Below, piece by piece: positions 47,001 to 58,900 of a stretch of DNA of 64,000 nucleotides (its first letter is position 1; each line of letters starts with the position of its first letter). The translations under genes were made by a program, and so were the position numbers. This stretch comes from a virus. Location: positions 32,001-96,000 of the IMG/VR virus record IMGVR_UViG_3300017730_000002; one strand, written 5' to 3'. The notes under the pieces were generated by a model. That model was not told the DNA's origin and ran no database searches. It was given only the letters and a program-made list of their open reading frames with translations.

Positions 47001-49884
47001 CTGTAACAGTATTTACAATTCTAAATCTTTCTTCATAAAGACTATTAAGCTTTTCTATTACAGGATTATTACTTGACTTGGCCTGAAGTTTTCTTAAATC
47101 ATTTAATATTTGATTTTTATCTTGATAGTATTCGCTAGTATATGCAACCTTGGTATTTTTTTCTAAGAATTTGTTTACTTGCTCATTGAATAATTCAGGA
47201 TTAGATTCTTGTGTAATACCTTCTCCAGCTAATACAACATTTATAAAGTGATTATAGTCATCTTCAAATCTTTGCATATCTGTAGAATACTCATAAAACT
47301 TTTTAGATTCTTTTCTATACTTTCTTCTTACTAGTACTCTTTGAAGTTCTTCACCCTGCTTATACTTACCGTTTATATCTACAAGATTGTAGAGTTCATC
47401 ATACTTTATTTTAGCTTCTTTAGATGCACTAAACTCTAAAAGATCATCGAGATCAGTCCAGGCATCATTTACATTTAATACATTAAGTTCCTCAAGAGCC
47501 TTCTGTCTTTCAACAAATGCTTCTGCAGAAACTTTAGCTGATATAGTTATTTCTCTTTTAGTAGAAGGGTCATATATGGTATTAGGTTGCTCCCATATTT
47601 TTCTAACATTATATACCTCTTGAGTATATGGTCTATGCATATACTTTTCGTGAAAGTCATTAAGCTCCTTAGTAGCCTTTATTATAGCATCTTTGTCCCC
47701 ACTTTTGTGTGCAATTTCTAAGTTATTTTGAAGACGATCTCTATCAAATCTCCAACCTTTAAACTTATCAATTACAGAATAAATTTCATACTCTTCAATT
47801 TCATTAGTATTTGGATTTATTTCAGCTACAGTATCCACAAAAAGCAATGCTTCAGCAACCTGTTTAGGATTAGTTATATCTACACCTGCTGCTTTAAAAA
47901 GAGGATTTAATTTTTCACCAATTCTATTAACTTGATTAAGACTTTGTGTTTCTGATAAAGATAACTTGTTCTTTGTATATCTGTATACAGAACCCAGTAA
48001 GTCATCTACATTACCCAAAGGAGTATACATTGCTCCTATATTTCCAAGATCTTCTGTTCTACCCTCTAAGTAATTTAAAATAGTATCTCTGCTTATCCTT
48101 TTTGCAATATAAGTTTTGATATTGTTAATGATAGGTTTACTTGCTGTGGTTTTCCTTGGTAAATTTAAAGATGAAACACTTCTTACATTTTCATTATCTA
48201 TCTTATTTAAAATATCTTTTACAAAGGCATCTATCTCTTCTTCTGTAAAATTATCTGCTGCCAATAAACGCCTTACTTCTGATTCAAAGTTCCCCCTAAT
48301 ATTTTCAGACATTGCCTCAGTGTTCTCTTCAAAAAATTGCACCGTAAAATCTTTACTAAGAGTACTTACTAACTGTAAGTTATCTTCAATACTTTGTGAT
48401 ATGGCAGCAAGTTTATTCATAAAAGGATTTGATCTATCAGAACTTTTTAATCTTAATCTTGCATTATCTATAAATTGTTTTTCAGCTGCTAAGAGTTTTT
48501 TGAAGTATTGAATTTTTGCAATACCGTCTGTAGATAGATGTCTCTTATCTTTTTCAAGTTCTCTTAATATATTATTAATCTTATTTGAAAAAGTTTCAAT
48601 CTCACTAATACTGTTTATAAGAGCAATAGATCTAGTTCTTAAATCAGACTCTTGTTCTGCTAAACCATCAGCTACTTTATCAAGATTCTCTTCAGATAAT
48701 CTACCATCTTTTGTTTTAAATGGCGCCACATAATCTCTAATATTTTCCAATACAGCCCTACCACCTTCAGCTTCAAGTTCTTCTTTTAACTTTTTAGGGC
48801 TATTTTTTAATACACGTATTTGATACTGCATTTCTTCACCCATTGTATCAATAGTTTCTTGTAAAGCCTTATCAGAAGATTGACTAAGATCCTTTAAAAA
48901 CTGTTCTGTTTCTTTTCTAAAGTCAGCCAAATCAGATTTAATATATTCAAAATCCTCTATTACAAAGTCTTTATTAATCATCATATCAACTAACTCATCA
49001 AGTGTAGTTGACATTTTAAGTTTCCCAAGATTTACTTTTTTTCCAGCCAATGCCCTAACAACTTGTTTTATAGCATAAAGTATTTTCTTTAGTAGTTTTT
49101 GAAACTCTGTATCATTATCTATAACATCATTTATTATTTCATTCCCACCAAGCTCAATTGCTTTTACTAAAACTTCTTCTTTAAATCTATCTGTATTAGG
49201 TTCTAGTTCAGGGTATAAATCTTTAACAGAATTTATTATTGCTTTTCCTTTATCTGTACTCGCTGTCTGATCGTAAAGATTATAAAATAATTTAGCATTC
49301 TGCTTCTGAATGGCTTTCATAAAAGGATGCGCAAATTCATGTAACACATTAGATGAATTGAACTGACCCTCAATAAAATACACTTTATCTCCATAGAAAA
49401 ATGCAGATACACCAGCCTTCAATGGCGTAGGTGAATTTTCTAATAATAGTTCTGCCTCAGTTTGTGTAATAATAACTGAATCTATACCAAATATTTTAGT
49501 AAACTTATCAGATAATGCTTTTGCAATAAGTTTATCTTTCTCTACCCTTAATCTTTCATCAGTAAAAAGATCATCAGTATCATACAAGTATCTATCATTG
49601 TATTCTATACCAGCTCTTCTAGCATCAAGCCTTTGAACTTGTCTTGCTTCTTCTATTTCTAGATTTAGCTCCTCTTCAAAGTATTGATTTACTAAACCTG
49701 GCGATATGTATATATCTCTTTCTACAGTATCACCTAATCTAAATGTCACAACTTCTTCTCCAAATCTTTGATTTATAGTATTAGCTAAAGCTCTAGCATT
49801 TTTAATATTCATACCAAGTCCTGCGCTAGATAATCTATCTACTACATCATAAAGGTTAGATTTTATTTGTTTTCTACAAGGCAT
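44047..49884 (-). CDS. Giant virion cargo/ejection protein (zincin, LysM, C-terminal TM)
   Basis: HEFAH (~49330), LysM-like HTVGEGNTLESIAKQYSIP...LEPGEKLII (~44860-44995), hydrophobic AYLAILGLAAGLLFG. Confidence 0.75.
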   Translation of the reverse strand: MPCRKQIKSNLYDVVDRLSSAGLGMNIKNARALANTINQRFGEEVVTFRLGDTVERDIYISPGLVNQYFEEELNLEIEEARQVQRLDARRAGIEYNDRYLYDTDDLFTDERLRVEKDKLIAKALSDKFTKIFGIDSVIITQTEAELLLENSPTPLKAGVSAFFYGDKVYFIEGQFNSSNVLHEFAHPFMKAIQKQNAKLFYNLYDQTASTDKGKAIINSVKDLYPELEPNTDRFKEEVLVKAIELGGNEIINDVIDNDTEFQKLLKKILYAIKQVVRALAGKKVNLGKLKMSTTLDELVDMMINKDFVIEDFEYIKSDLADFRKETEQFLKDLSQSSDKALQETIDTMGEEMQYQIRVLKNSPKKLKEELEAEGGRAVLENIRDYVAPFKTKDGRLSEENLDKVADGLAEQESDLRTRSIALINSISEIETFSNKINNILRELEKDKRHLSTDGIAKIQYFKKLLAAEKQFIDNARLRLKSSDRSNPFMNKLAAISQSIEDNLQLVSTLSKDFTVQFFEENTEAMSENIRGNFESEVRRLLAADNFTEEEIDAFVKDILNKIDNENVRSVSSLNLPRKTTASKPIINNIKTYIAKRISRDTILNYLEGRTEDLGNIGAMYTPLGNVDDLLGSVYRYTKNKLSLSETQSLNQVNRIGEKLNPLFKAAGVDITNPKQVAEALLFVDTVAEINPNTNEIEEYEIYSVIDKFKGWRFDRDRLQNNLEIAHKSGDKDAIIKATKELNDFHEKYMHRPYTQEVYNVRKIWEQPNTIYDPSTKREITISAKVSAEAFVERQKALEELNVLNVNDAWTDLDDLLEFSASKEAKIKYDELYNLVDINGKYKQGEELQRVLVRRKYRKESKKFYEYSTDMQRFEDDYNHFINVVLAGEGITQESNPELFNEQVNKFLEKNTKVAYTSEYYQDKNQILNDLRKLQAKSSNNPVIEKLNSLYEERFRIVNTVTDKDGEPNGRDLNSIQIERLKTIENEIVAQNLLFDRKTGLSKAESRTLNQLNFKISKKAKLSADELKVFQDLTTRQNEFGMTSIEIGNMRNLYSKLNALRNITPTDNYIAAFNDALEGTGADPVTAETVEDFVLDKVALNKIFNETEGGSVFEEWFYKNHFERDMYDGEKMSPGFVRLKVWSLERPSNKNHYKTTSIKDSEGNTINIQGVPIAKYSTSTIKDKYRTIPMGADRSQYVGTIIDNRGNFLPKEFTGDVINGAFDDKYQNKKFYEMQSKNDAKFKLLQGYKKELLDLQKDAVLSSRMYLDLPRFRQRTNVEAFTSGQTAAKLKAKKEQVSTALEYVSSYVQGKKDDAEDGFNFDESLIYIPTDLEGNRITRVPVRGMYKLSLAETSTDAMRSIWDYLYSLNEQKALMEDEPVMNAILGIISDDENAIKNLNVASRNTGKISSRLNLISKNKGEDKRITALREFIDRTYYGQRVSEFQQNNRPLTKAMRALSGNAARAFFALNPQSSLKNRGGMQFNKAIEAAGGKYLDARTLVRGKYRAAKATWQMGTVGNYARGAKPMDVQISEAFDMAPGKSRTEFGESTTRTLVTDFFDGKWLYSDRKLMEQNSAMELGFGIMYKQMVDVMQPDGTVKQIPYADAWTTDEDGVLKLKEGVDPEYSHVPINHTVGEGNTLESIAKQYSIPVEKLMAKNKIKSKRKLEPGEKLIISKSTQFNNLKLIIADANARLNGITNKIDSPLAEKYLGYSLATFSRRFLTGMVLNRFQFDTAKNNLFGDVYNWNTNELTRGYYIDAIDSLRKMLTTGQYRSKYMTDREKAAWRKIVTETAYLAILGLAAGLLFGYDPGDEDRFKKIRERQEKDYPFLIGWSGNQILYQLIMIQKENRLFLPIWGAKDQLSMIDSSTIMLGPTVVAYVRILNDLYNLATGSEKAYYKQDVGYYDWQKEGSNKIWNHLGQTIGLTGKNLSPMWAIKKNEQFENLR

Positions 49885-49905
49885 AATTCTTTTTTATAAA
49901 TATAA

Positions 49906-52900
49906 TTAAAATCCACAGAAATCATCTGTTCTATCTATTGGAGGTTTACCCTTAGGTCCAAATTCTTTTTTAACATCTTCTTCAAATTTACTTAAGTCTC
50001 TCTGATCCATACGGAGAGTACCATCTGGATTACGTACTACTCTTCCAGATAAATATCCTGGAGGTTGATCACCAGTTGTTGTATCGGTAGTAAAATCAGT
50101 ATTAAGATTTCTTCTAGTTAAAAAGCTATCTGTAAGAATTTGTAGAACTTGTTTATTAGATAAAAGATTTAATAACCACTTGGTAAACTTCTTCCACCAG
50201 TTTAGAGCTTCACCTTTTTGTGCTACTACTTGTTCTCCTATAGCTTGAACTAAAGCTTCTTCCCCACCAAATCTTCTTATTCCTTCCTGAACAAGTTCAT
50301 TGTCTCTAAAGTATGCAATGTAATGATGAGCATACTCATGAGGCAAAGTATCTTGTTTTTGGTTTGCCGCATCAATTAAAACAGTCATAGCTTTTATATT
50401 AGCCTGACCTATAATTTTATCTTTGTAAGTTTGATTTAATAAATATAAATCACTAAATACATTAGTAGTGCTACCATAAACAAGTTTATTTGTTAAACGA
50501 CTGTTTAAATCAGTTAAGTCTGCTAACTTTTGAAAAGGTGCTTCATAACCAGTAAACAAGCTCTCCTGAACTTTATCCCATTGATCTGTAGCAGTCATAG
50601 AAAGCACTCCTTCAGCTATACCATTGTTTAAGTCTTTAAATAACTTACCACTTGATTCTGCAGTTACAGCATTTAAGAACCAACCTGGAACTGGAGCCAT
50701 TATATCTCCTGCTGTATTTATATCTTTATCGTCTGCAGTAAATTCATCTTTATTAGCAAGTACATATTTAACCAAGTCTTGTTTAGCTTTTAATTTTACA
50801 TACTCTTCATTTTTTTTACGTTCAAGTAAGTCATTACTATTATGAAAATAGGTAGGGCTTGTTAGTCCTCGCAAACCATCAGTAATACCATTAGTAGCTA
50901 GGATATCTTCTGCTAAATCACCAAGACCACTTTCTATGGCAGATGATGGTGCAGGTCCGTAATAATGCTCCCAAGACAGCTCAAACTGAGATATCCTTCC
51001 TTTAACAAGATCAGCTTTTCTTTGCTCAGGTGTTTGAAATTGTACTTTAAGTCTTTGTTTTAATAACTCCTTTTCTAAGTTTTCTAAAGCTACATAATCA
51101 ATTCCTTTTTTGATTCTGTCTGTATTATTTTTAAAATCTTTTAAAGCAAGTTGTGCATCAATCCAACGATCATCAGATGATGTGACTTCTTCACCACTAT
51201 AATATGTTACATCTTTATATAACTTTTCCCCAGTAACTGGATCTTTTCCAGCACGTTCTCTTCGTTTAGAAGGTACTCTTTCATATAACTTATCTAGTTT
51301 ACCATTTATAAAGTTATATGTATATATACCTTCTTTTCCTTGTAAGTTAAAATCTCTACGAACACCAGGAAATGTTTTAGTAATGTATGGACTCATACTT
51401 TGACCAATATCAAAATAATTCTGAGCAGTTACAAAAAGTTCAAATAAATCCTTTTTAGTTTTTGTACCATTATCAAATCCTGAAATAGTATCTTTAATCT
51501 TTTTAATTTCTAGATCTGCTAAATACTCAAGATCTTTATCGGCTTGTTCAGCTATTTCAATGTCTTTAATGTATTGAGGATTATTAGGATCCATACCGCT
51601 TTTTTCTCCTTCCTCAAGTCTTTTAAGTTCTTGTTGAGTTGACCAATCAAGAATTTCTTCACCGTAAGTATCATATAATAAATAACCTAATGCATAAACA
51701 TCTAAAGTAACTCTACCTCCATACTCTACGTTTATATACTTATAAGGATCACTCTTTATAGCATTTTCCATTGTAGCTAAAAAAGCTACTTTATTTTTAC
51801 GGCTAAATGCATAAAATTGAGAAGCGGCTTTTTTTAAAGGTGCTGTTAATTCTGCAATAACTTTTTGCGTTGTTTCTTGAGATCTTTTCATCTCCTGATT
51901 GAACACATCTGGACTAGAATCAAATCCAATGGGATCATTTGTAAAATTCAGCTTTATGTTAGGATACTTTTCTCTTAATACAGCTTCAATTTTCTTAGAT
52001 AACTCTTCACTAAATTTAGTATCAAATCCAGTGGTGTCAGGACCTAAAATTATTTCAGGGTTTCTACTCACAAAACTTTCAAAACCTTTTAAGTCAGCTT
52101 CATTACCTAGTATATGTATTTGATCTATATCATATACCACATAAATATCTGTAGGAGTTGGATCCATTGTATTTTTTATAATAGAAGAATCCTTATTAGT
52201 TTCTTTATCTTCTTTTATAATAGCAGCAAATGACTTATCTCTTCTAGTTTGTTCTTTTTGCGTATAAGTACCAGGATTTTTCATATCCAAAATAACTTTA
52301 ACTAAATTTCCATCAAATGCAGAAAAACCTTCTTCTCTTGTTTTTTTTATAAACTCAGAAGCTTCTTTAAATGTTAAGTTCTTTCTTATTCTTTCATCAG
52401 ATTGAAAAGCATCTCCAGTTTGTTTAGGTTTTAAATAGACAGCATATTTAATCTTGTTATCATAAAATTCATTTGCTTTTGCAAGTCTACCTTTTTTAAA
52501 TGCATATAATGTAAAAGAACCACCGTCATCATCCATTACATTTCGAGGCTTTTCAAAAAATTCCTCTTGCTGTTCTAAAGTTGATTTATCATATAAAGTC
52601 TTTAATATACCATTAGCATCAATAGTATCTTGTTCTATGTATGTACTAAAAGGGTCCGCTGTTAAATATTCTAAAGCTGTTGAAGGGTTATCTGCAAAAA
52701 AGAACCCTTCTTGTGCAGATGAAGATCTAGTATAAGATCCAAGTTTTTCTTTTGAAAATGGTTTAAAATTTTCATCAGTACCATGATATAAAATATCTTT
52801 TACTTGACTATTTGGGAATATAGATTGTATGTATTCAGCATATTGTTCTTTTGTACCAATAGCAGCAAGCTCAGGATTTTCAGAAAACAGCACATCTATT

Positions 52901-55900
52901 TCAGGATTAACTTGATCAGTAACCATTAGCTTACTAAACTCGTCATTGAAGATAATGTTAGATGGTATAGGTCCTGCAGATGCAAACATCTCTGCCATCT
53001 CTAAAGGACTATATCCATTTAGATTTCTACCTTGTGTTGTGTATAAAACATATGCATTTCTACTAGGATTTTTTGTATAGTAGTCATACATATTTTTTAT
53101 TTGATTTATAATCTCATCTTTAGGAACCTGTCTAGCAGGATCATCCATAGGAAGTTGCCAATCAGTTACGGTTTGTATTGCATAAGATGAACCTTCCGTA
53201 CCTGTTTGAAATCCTCTAGGTTGGCCTACTATAACTCTAAGACCCTTACCTTCAATCTTTTGTTTTTTATATGCTCTAGAATCATTAGCATATAGAATAC
53301 CAGCTGTACCTCCACCGTGGAATCCATCTTGATTAGATCCAAATACAGTATCTTCATTACCTTTTAGGTTTTTAATATCAACAAGACCTGTATAAGTTTT
53401 AACCTTAGCAGGCGGTTGAGTAGATTTATCTATGTTTCCACTTTTTACAGCATTATGTCTAAGTGTAATACTAAATCTTTTAGACTTATTTCCTTCAGCA
53501 TCTATACCATGTTTATAATTGATTTGCCCATCTTTACCCATTATTAAACCTAGGCCAGATTTCATAGATATTTTATATTCTTTTTTACCCTTTAGAATCA
53601 TAGTTCTTTCATCACCAAAACTTATAGTTACTACAGAAGGATTTAACTTACCTTTATTATTTAATATAGGCTCGTTGTCTGTATGGAATCCTATTTTTTG
53701 ACTACCATCCTTATATTCATTTATAAGAACCATATCAAAGTATCCATCCTCAAAACCTAAATCTCTAGTTATTTTAGAGACCAACCTTTGAAGTTCAACA
53801 CTTCCTGTATTAGCAGGCCTAGTTGTCCCTGAATAAGAATAACTTTCATCAGAAAAATACATACTGCGTCTACCCCTACCAAATTTATCAGAAGACTTAT
53901 GCTCAGATTCATAAGTTTGATCATACAATGTTTCTATAAAATCAAAAACTTTTTTAGACTCTTCGTTTGTAAAAACTTGTTTAGTAAAAACTTCGGCATC
54001 TTCTACATTAACACTTTTTAAACCCTTGGTATTTACTAAACCATTAGTAAGTAAAGTTGCAATGTCTAAATCACTACTTTGATCTGTTGGTTGAACAGGA
54101 GCTATAGGAGCACCATATTCTTTAGGATCTACCACTAAGTCTATAAACTTATCGGTTGACATTTTACCAAATTTTAAAAGCTTCTTAAATACAAATTCAA
54201 AAGTAGCATCATTGCTTTGAGCATCTGTGAAATTCTGACCAGCTACATTCATTATATTTACAAAGTTCTCATAAGGAAGAACATCAATCATTGAATCTCT
54301 ATTATATCCACCTGTACCATTTTGATATATAGATATCAAAGGTAACCTCGCAAATAATCTAGACAATCTTAAGTTCTCAGCTCTATCAGCTACTTTCTTT
54401 ACAGCAGGGTCTGCAAGATCTTTTAAGTTTTGGTAATAGATATCGCCAAGACCTTCTGTCTTTTTTACTTGAGATATGTTTCGTAATGATAAAACTTTTA
54501 TACCAACATTATCACCAAACTGTTTAGGAATATAAAGCTGCTCAAGTATAGGATACTTTTGCTTTAAATCTGCATTTCTGTCTATACTGTCAATTACAGT
54601 TTGTGAATAAGAATAAGCTCCTGTTCCCATAATTACAGATCTATTATAAGAATCCAGAAGCGCTTCTTTATTCAAGAAGTATTCATAGGCTTGTTTTGTA
54701 GCATTCTCTTCAGTAAAATTAAACTGAGTTTTTAAAGTATTCTTAACAGCAATAAATTCTTTGTCACTAGATATATTTTCTAGTGGTATTCTAGATCTTA
54801 AATACTCTCTTGCTATTACATACTTTTTATACTGTATAACATTATCAAATATATCTTTATTAAAAGTTCTTAGACCTTCTTTAGGATATGTTATAGAATT
54901 TTTTAGATAAGCTTTGTTAAAAAAGTCTCTTTCTATTTTAGCATTATCTACATATATAACATCTGACTGTTCTGTCATATTAGCCATTGCACCTCTTTCT
55001 ACACCTTCTCTGTTTATAATCTTACGGCCCATGTATGTTTCAGGAGTAGATGTTAGCTTACCATTAGAATCCACAAAACCTGTCTGATAGTTTTGGAATA
55101 TATAATCCATCAAACTATCTTTAAATCTTGTTATAAGTAAAGACTTCTCATCTCTGGTTGCTCTTATAAAAGGAAGTTCTCTCTTAAGAAAATCATTAAC
55201 TCTGTCATTATTTCTAAATTGAAACACAGGAGTTACAATATCTTTAATAAGATCACCTATCCTGAAGCTACTTAATATAGATTCTTCTCTTAGTTTTCTT
55301 ACAAGCTGTTGATCCACCTTTGTTAGATCAGCTAAACCTTCATAATTAGCTTCTTTAAGAATTATTTCTTGTAGTGTTCTTGATGTAGTTGTATCAGGAT
55401 TAGACTGAAGCTTTAAACTTGTCAAACCTTTTAACTGCTTTTCAATTTCTAAGAAATGAAGAAACATATTTAATCCTACGTTATTTGCTCTAGGATCATT
55501 TGAAATAGTATCTCTATTTACAGAAGCCATATCACTAGTAGTAAAGACATCCTTATCTCCCATTCTTCTACTTAAAACATCATAGAAGTTTTTATTAGTT
55601 ATATACTGGTATACCGTAATATCTTGATAATCTTCTGTTGTAAACTCAAGTAAGCTACCCTTTCTATTTTGTTCAAGAGCTATTTTTTCAATAGTTCTAC
55701 CTGCAGCTTCGTATTTTACAAACTGGCGCTCAACACCTTCTGTTGAATACTCGCTACCCAGCTTTCTCTGTTGAGCAGCGTATTCTATTACATAAGGGTT
55801 AGATACAAACTGTACTGCTGACTTAATTGGAACACCAGCTTTTATTAAGTACAAAAGTATCGGAGCTACCTCTCTATTACCTTGAATGTTAAACACCCAA

Positions 55901-58900
55901 GGATCCTTTTCAATATCTACAAATCCATTTAACAATTGATTATAAAGCTCATTAATGTTATTACCATCTTTTGCTGTAACATCCGATATTGATATAGATC
56001 CATCAGGAAACTCATTATGTGGTAAGAATAGTCTCATATTATAATCACCATCTGTAAGTGTCCAGCCGCTTTTTATAAAATTAGGAAGACTTGTCTCTTT
56101 AATTACTTCTCTTTTGCCTGCTTTATCTACTACAGTAACGGCTTTAACATATCTCTTAGTTGCATTATCATATATTTCTGGAGAGTATTTTTTAGGCATC
56201 TTACCTCCTTGGCTGTTTATTATAGGACTTAATGCATTTTCTATAGCTACAATACCAAGTACTCTTTTACCTATCATGTTCTCAGTATGCTTCTGTAAAT
56301 TATAGATAGGCTCGATTGTTCTTGTTGGACTTATAACCTTTGTCTCTTTGCCGTTTTTATCTACTTTAATTTTGACACCTTGACTTCTGTTAGCGTATCT
56401 ATCATAAGTTGCTACATCATCTCCAATTTCATCAGCTATCTCTTCTTTTAATAAATAAGTAGCATTAGGTTTTACTAAGTTAGCATAGTTAGATTTTAGA
56501 CTAAGTATCTCAGCCATGTTAAACATTATATCATTTTGTAAAGCAAGCTTCTTAGTATTAAATATCTTTTTCTGAGTAGCTTCAGTAGACATGTTTGCCA
56601 TCTCAATAGTCTTTTCTACAGAAGAATTATATTCAGTCAAAGACCCATCAGAATTTATGTTAGGAAAAAATATATTAAGCTTATCAATATCAAAGTCAGA
56701 TCCTGATTTAGCAACTATCTCTGTTGGAAGTATTATAATGTTACCCGCACTTGCTGGAAGAAATTCATGAACCTCACCAAATTCCATATAGTTAATACCT
56801 CCAACAGGAATACGTGTACCTACTATGGTAACCTTTTTTCTATTTTCACCATTATTAGCATCTAACCACTTTTCGTCCTTTATAAGCTTATTTAAATTAG
56901 CTAAACTAGCCTCTTCATCTAAAACTCTAGTTGTATTTTCTACACCAGAATCATCTATATATGTTTCTTCTCTATATACAGCAACGTCATCAAGTCTTAA
57001 AAGATTTTTAAAACTACCTTGCATCGCAATAGCTACTTTCATACCTGCAGTACTACCATCTTCTGGTTTAGTTCTGTAAAAAGGTAAATCGTTTGTACCT
57101 CGATATTTTTGAATGTCTGCTGTACTTGCTGTTTTGTACTCAGCTTGATTCCACATACCGTTGGTCAAAGCACTAGAAACTTGAACTAAAGACTCACCAT
57201 TAATTCTTTGATTAATAATTCTTTTTTGAATTAGATTAATTATCATTGACTCAATATCACCAGCTTTAAAGTGATATGATAAATCAGTTTCTAAAGTTCC
57301 ATTTACATTCTTTCCTACAAATTCTATTTGATGTTCAGGGACATTTCTTCTGCCTAATTCTCTTTGAACTAAGCTTAAGAAGTTATTAATATTACCTATA
57401 TACTTATCGCCTTCTTTTCTATATCCTATTTCAGACAAAAGCTCTTCTTCTAAAATCTTTTCATAATCACTTATCAATTTAGCGTATCTTTCTGCAGCAT
57501 CCTTAGCATCAGGATCTGTAATAATACCTCTATTATAGAGATCTTTTAAGATCATTTTTCTAAACTGAGTAGAAAATATAGTTTGTTTTTTAAACTTCTT
57601 TGGAACGCCTGTTACATTTTTAAGATACTCTACGTAGATAGTATTCATAGTAAAGTCAATATCACCCTTTAGTGTATCTTGCTCTTTATTCTCAGCATCA
57701 AAAATTATATCAGCGCCTTCTGGATTAGATGCTATATGTGAAACTTTAGAACCTGTCTTAAATAAAGAATAGTGAATACTTTTATCCATCATTTGTTCAT
57801 GAAGACTTTCTAATTCACCAGTCATTACCCCAGGTATCAATGGCATAAGTGAAAATTTATGCATTGAATTAACAGGTAACTTAGCTTGTTTTATACTACC
57901 TGAATAGAATAACTTATATGGCGGAAAGAATTCAGTAACTTCATTTATACCCACATATTCTCCTCTAGAAATTTTTTGAAACAAAGCTTCTTGCTCATAG
58001 CTCCAATCATTTTCTAAAAATCTTAAAGATCTGTATGCATCAAAAGTAATATAACCTTGGCCATCAGCCTCTTCCATTCCTTTATAAACACTGAGATCTC
58101 TCTTTACAAGTTCATCTACTCTAGCTTTATCAAAGTTTTTACTATAGAATTCTCTGAGACCCTTTTCTATCTGATCTAAATATTCACTGTCTCTTTCAAT
58201 GTCTTTCATAATAGCAGTATTTAAACTACCATCATACCTAAGAGTCTTCTTACCATTTTGCTCTGCATAAGAAGTCTTTTTTAAATGACCATTAACGAAT
58301 GTCTGAGCTGCTTTATCTACTCTAAAAGTTTTACCACCAGACTTAGTACCAGGAGATCTTTTTGAAAGCTCTTCTTTCTCATGATTGTATTGTGATAAAT
58401 CACCTTCAAGTAAATTTGCAGTTTCAAAATTATGAATCCATGAATTATACACATAAGCCGCAGCTAATAATTTCTGTTGTCCAAGTGGATCTTCAGTAAT
58501 TTTATTAACCTCTTCTAATAAGTTCTTACTTAAATAGTCATTTTCTGCAATTTTTAACCGAACCTCAGTTGCTAACTTATTAAAATACTCATTTATTTCA
58601 CCTTTTATCTTAGCTTGTAATGTGATGTTTTCATTTTCTAAATAAGATTCTAAATCAAAAAACTTACCTTCATTTTTATCAATGATGTCATATATTTCTT
58701 GCTTAGTATCATCAGTTAATACGTCATCAAATATTGTAAATGACTCACCTGCCATTCTACCATTAGTAAGTTTATTATTAAATCCTACATAGTTTTTAAA
58801 CTCTGGGTTACTCTTAAACTTATGGATCCTGTTAGCTTCAGAAGCTAAGTAGCCCAATATAAACTCATTGTTTATTAACTCTTGAGTACCTCGATAATCA

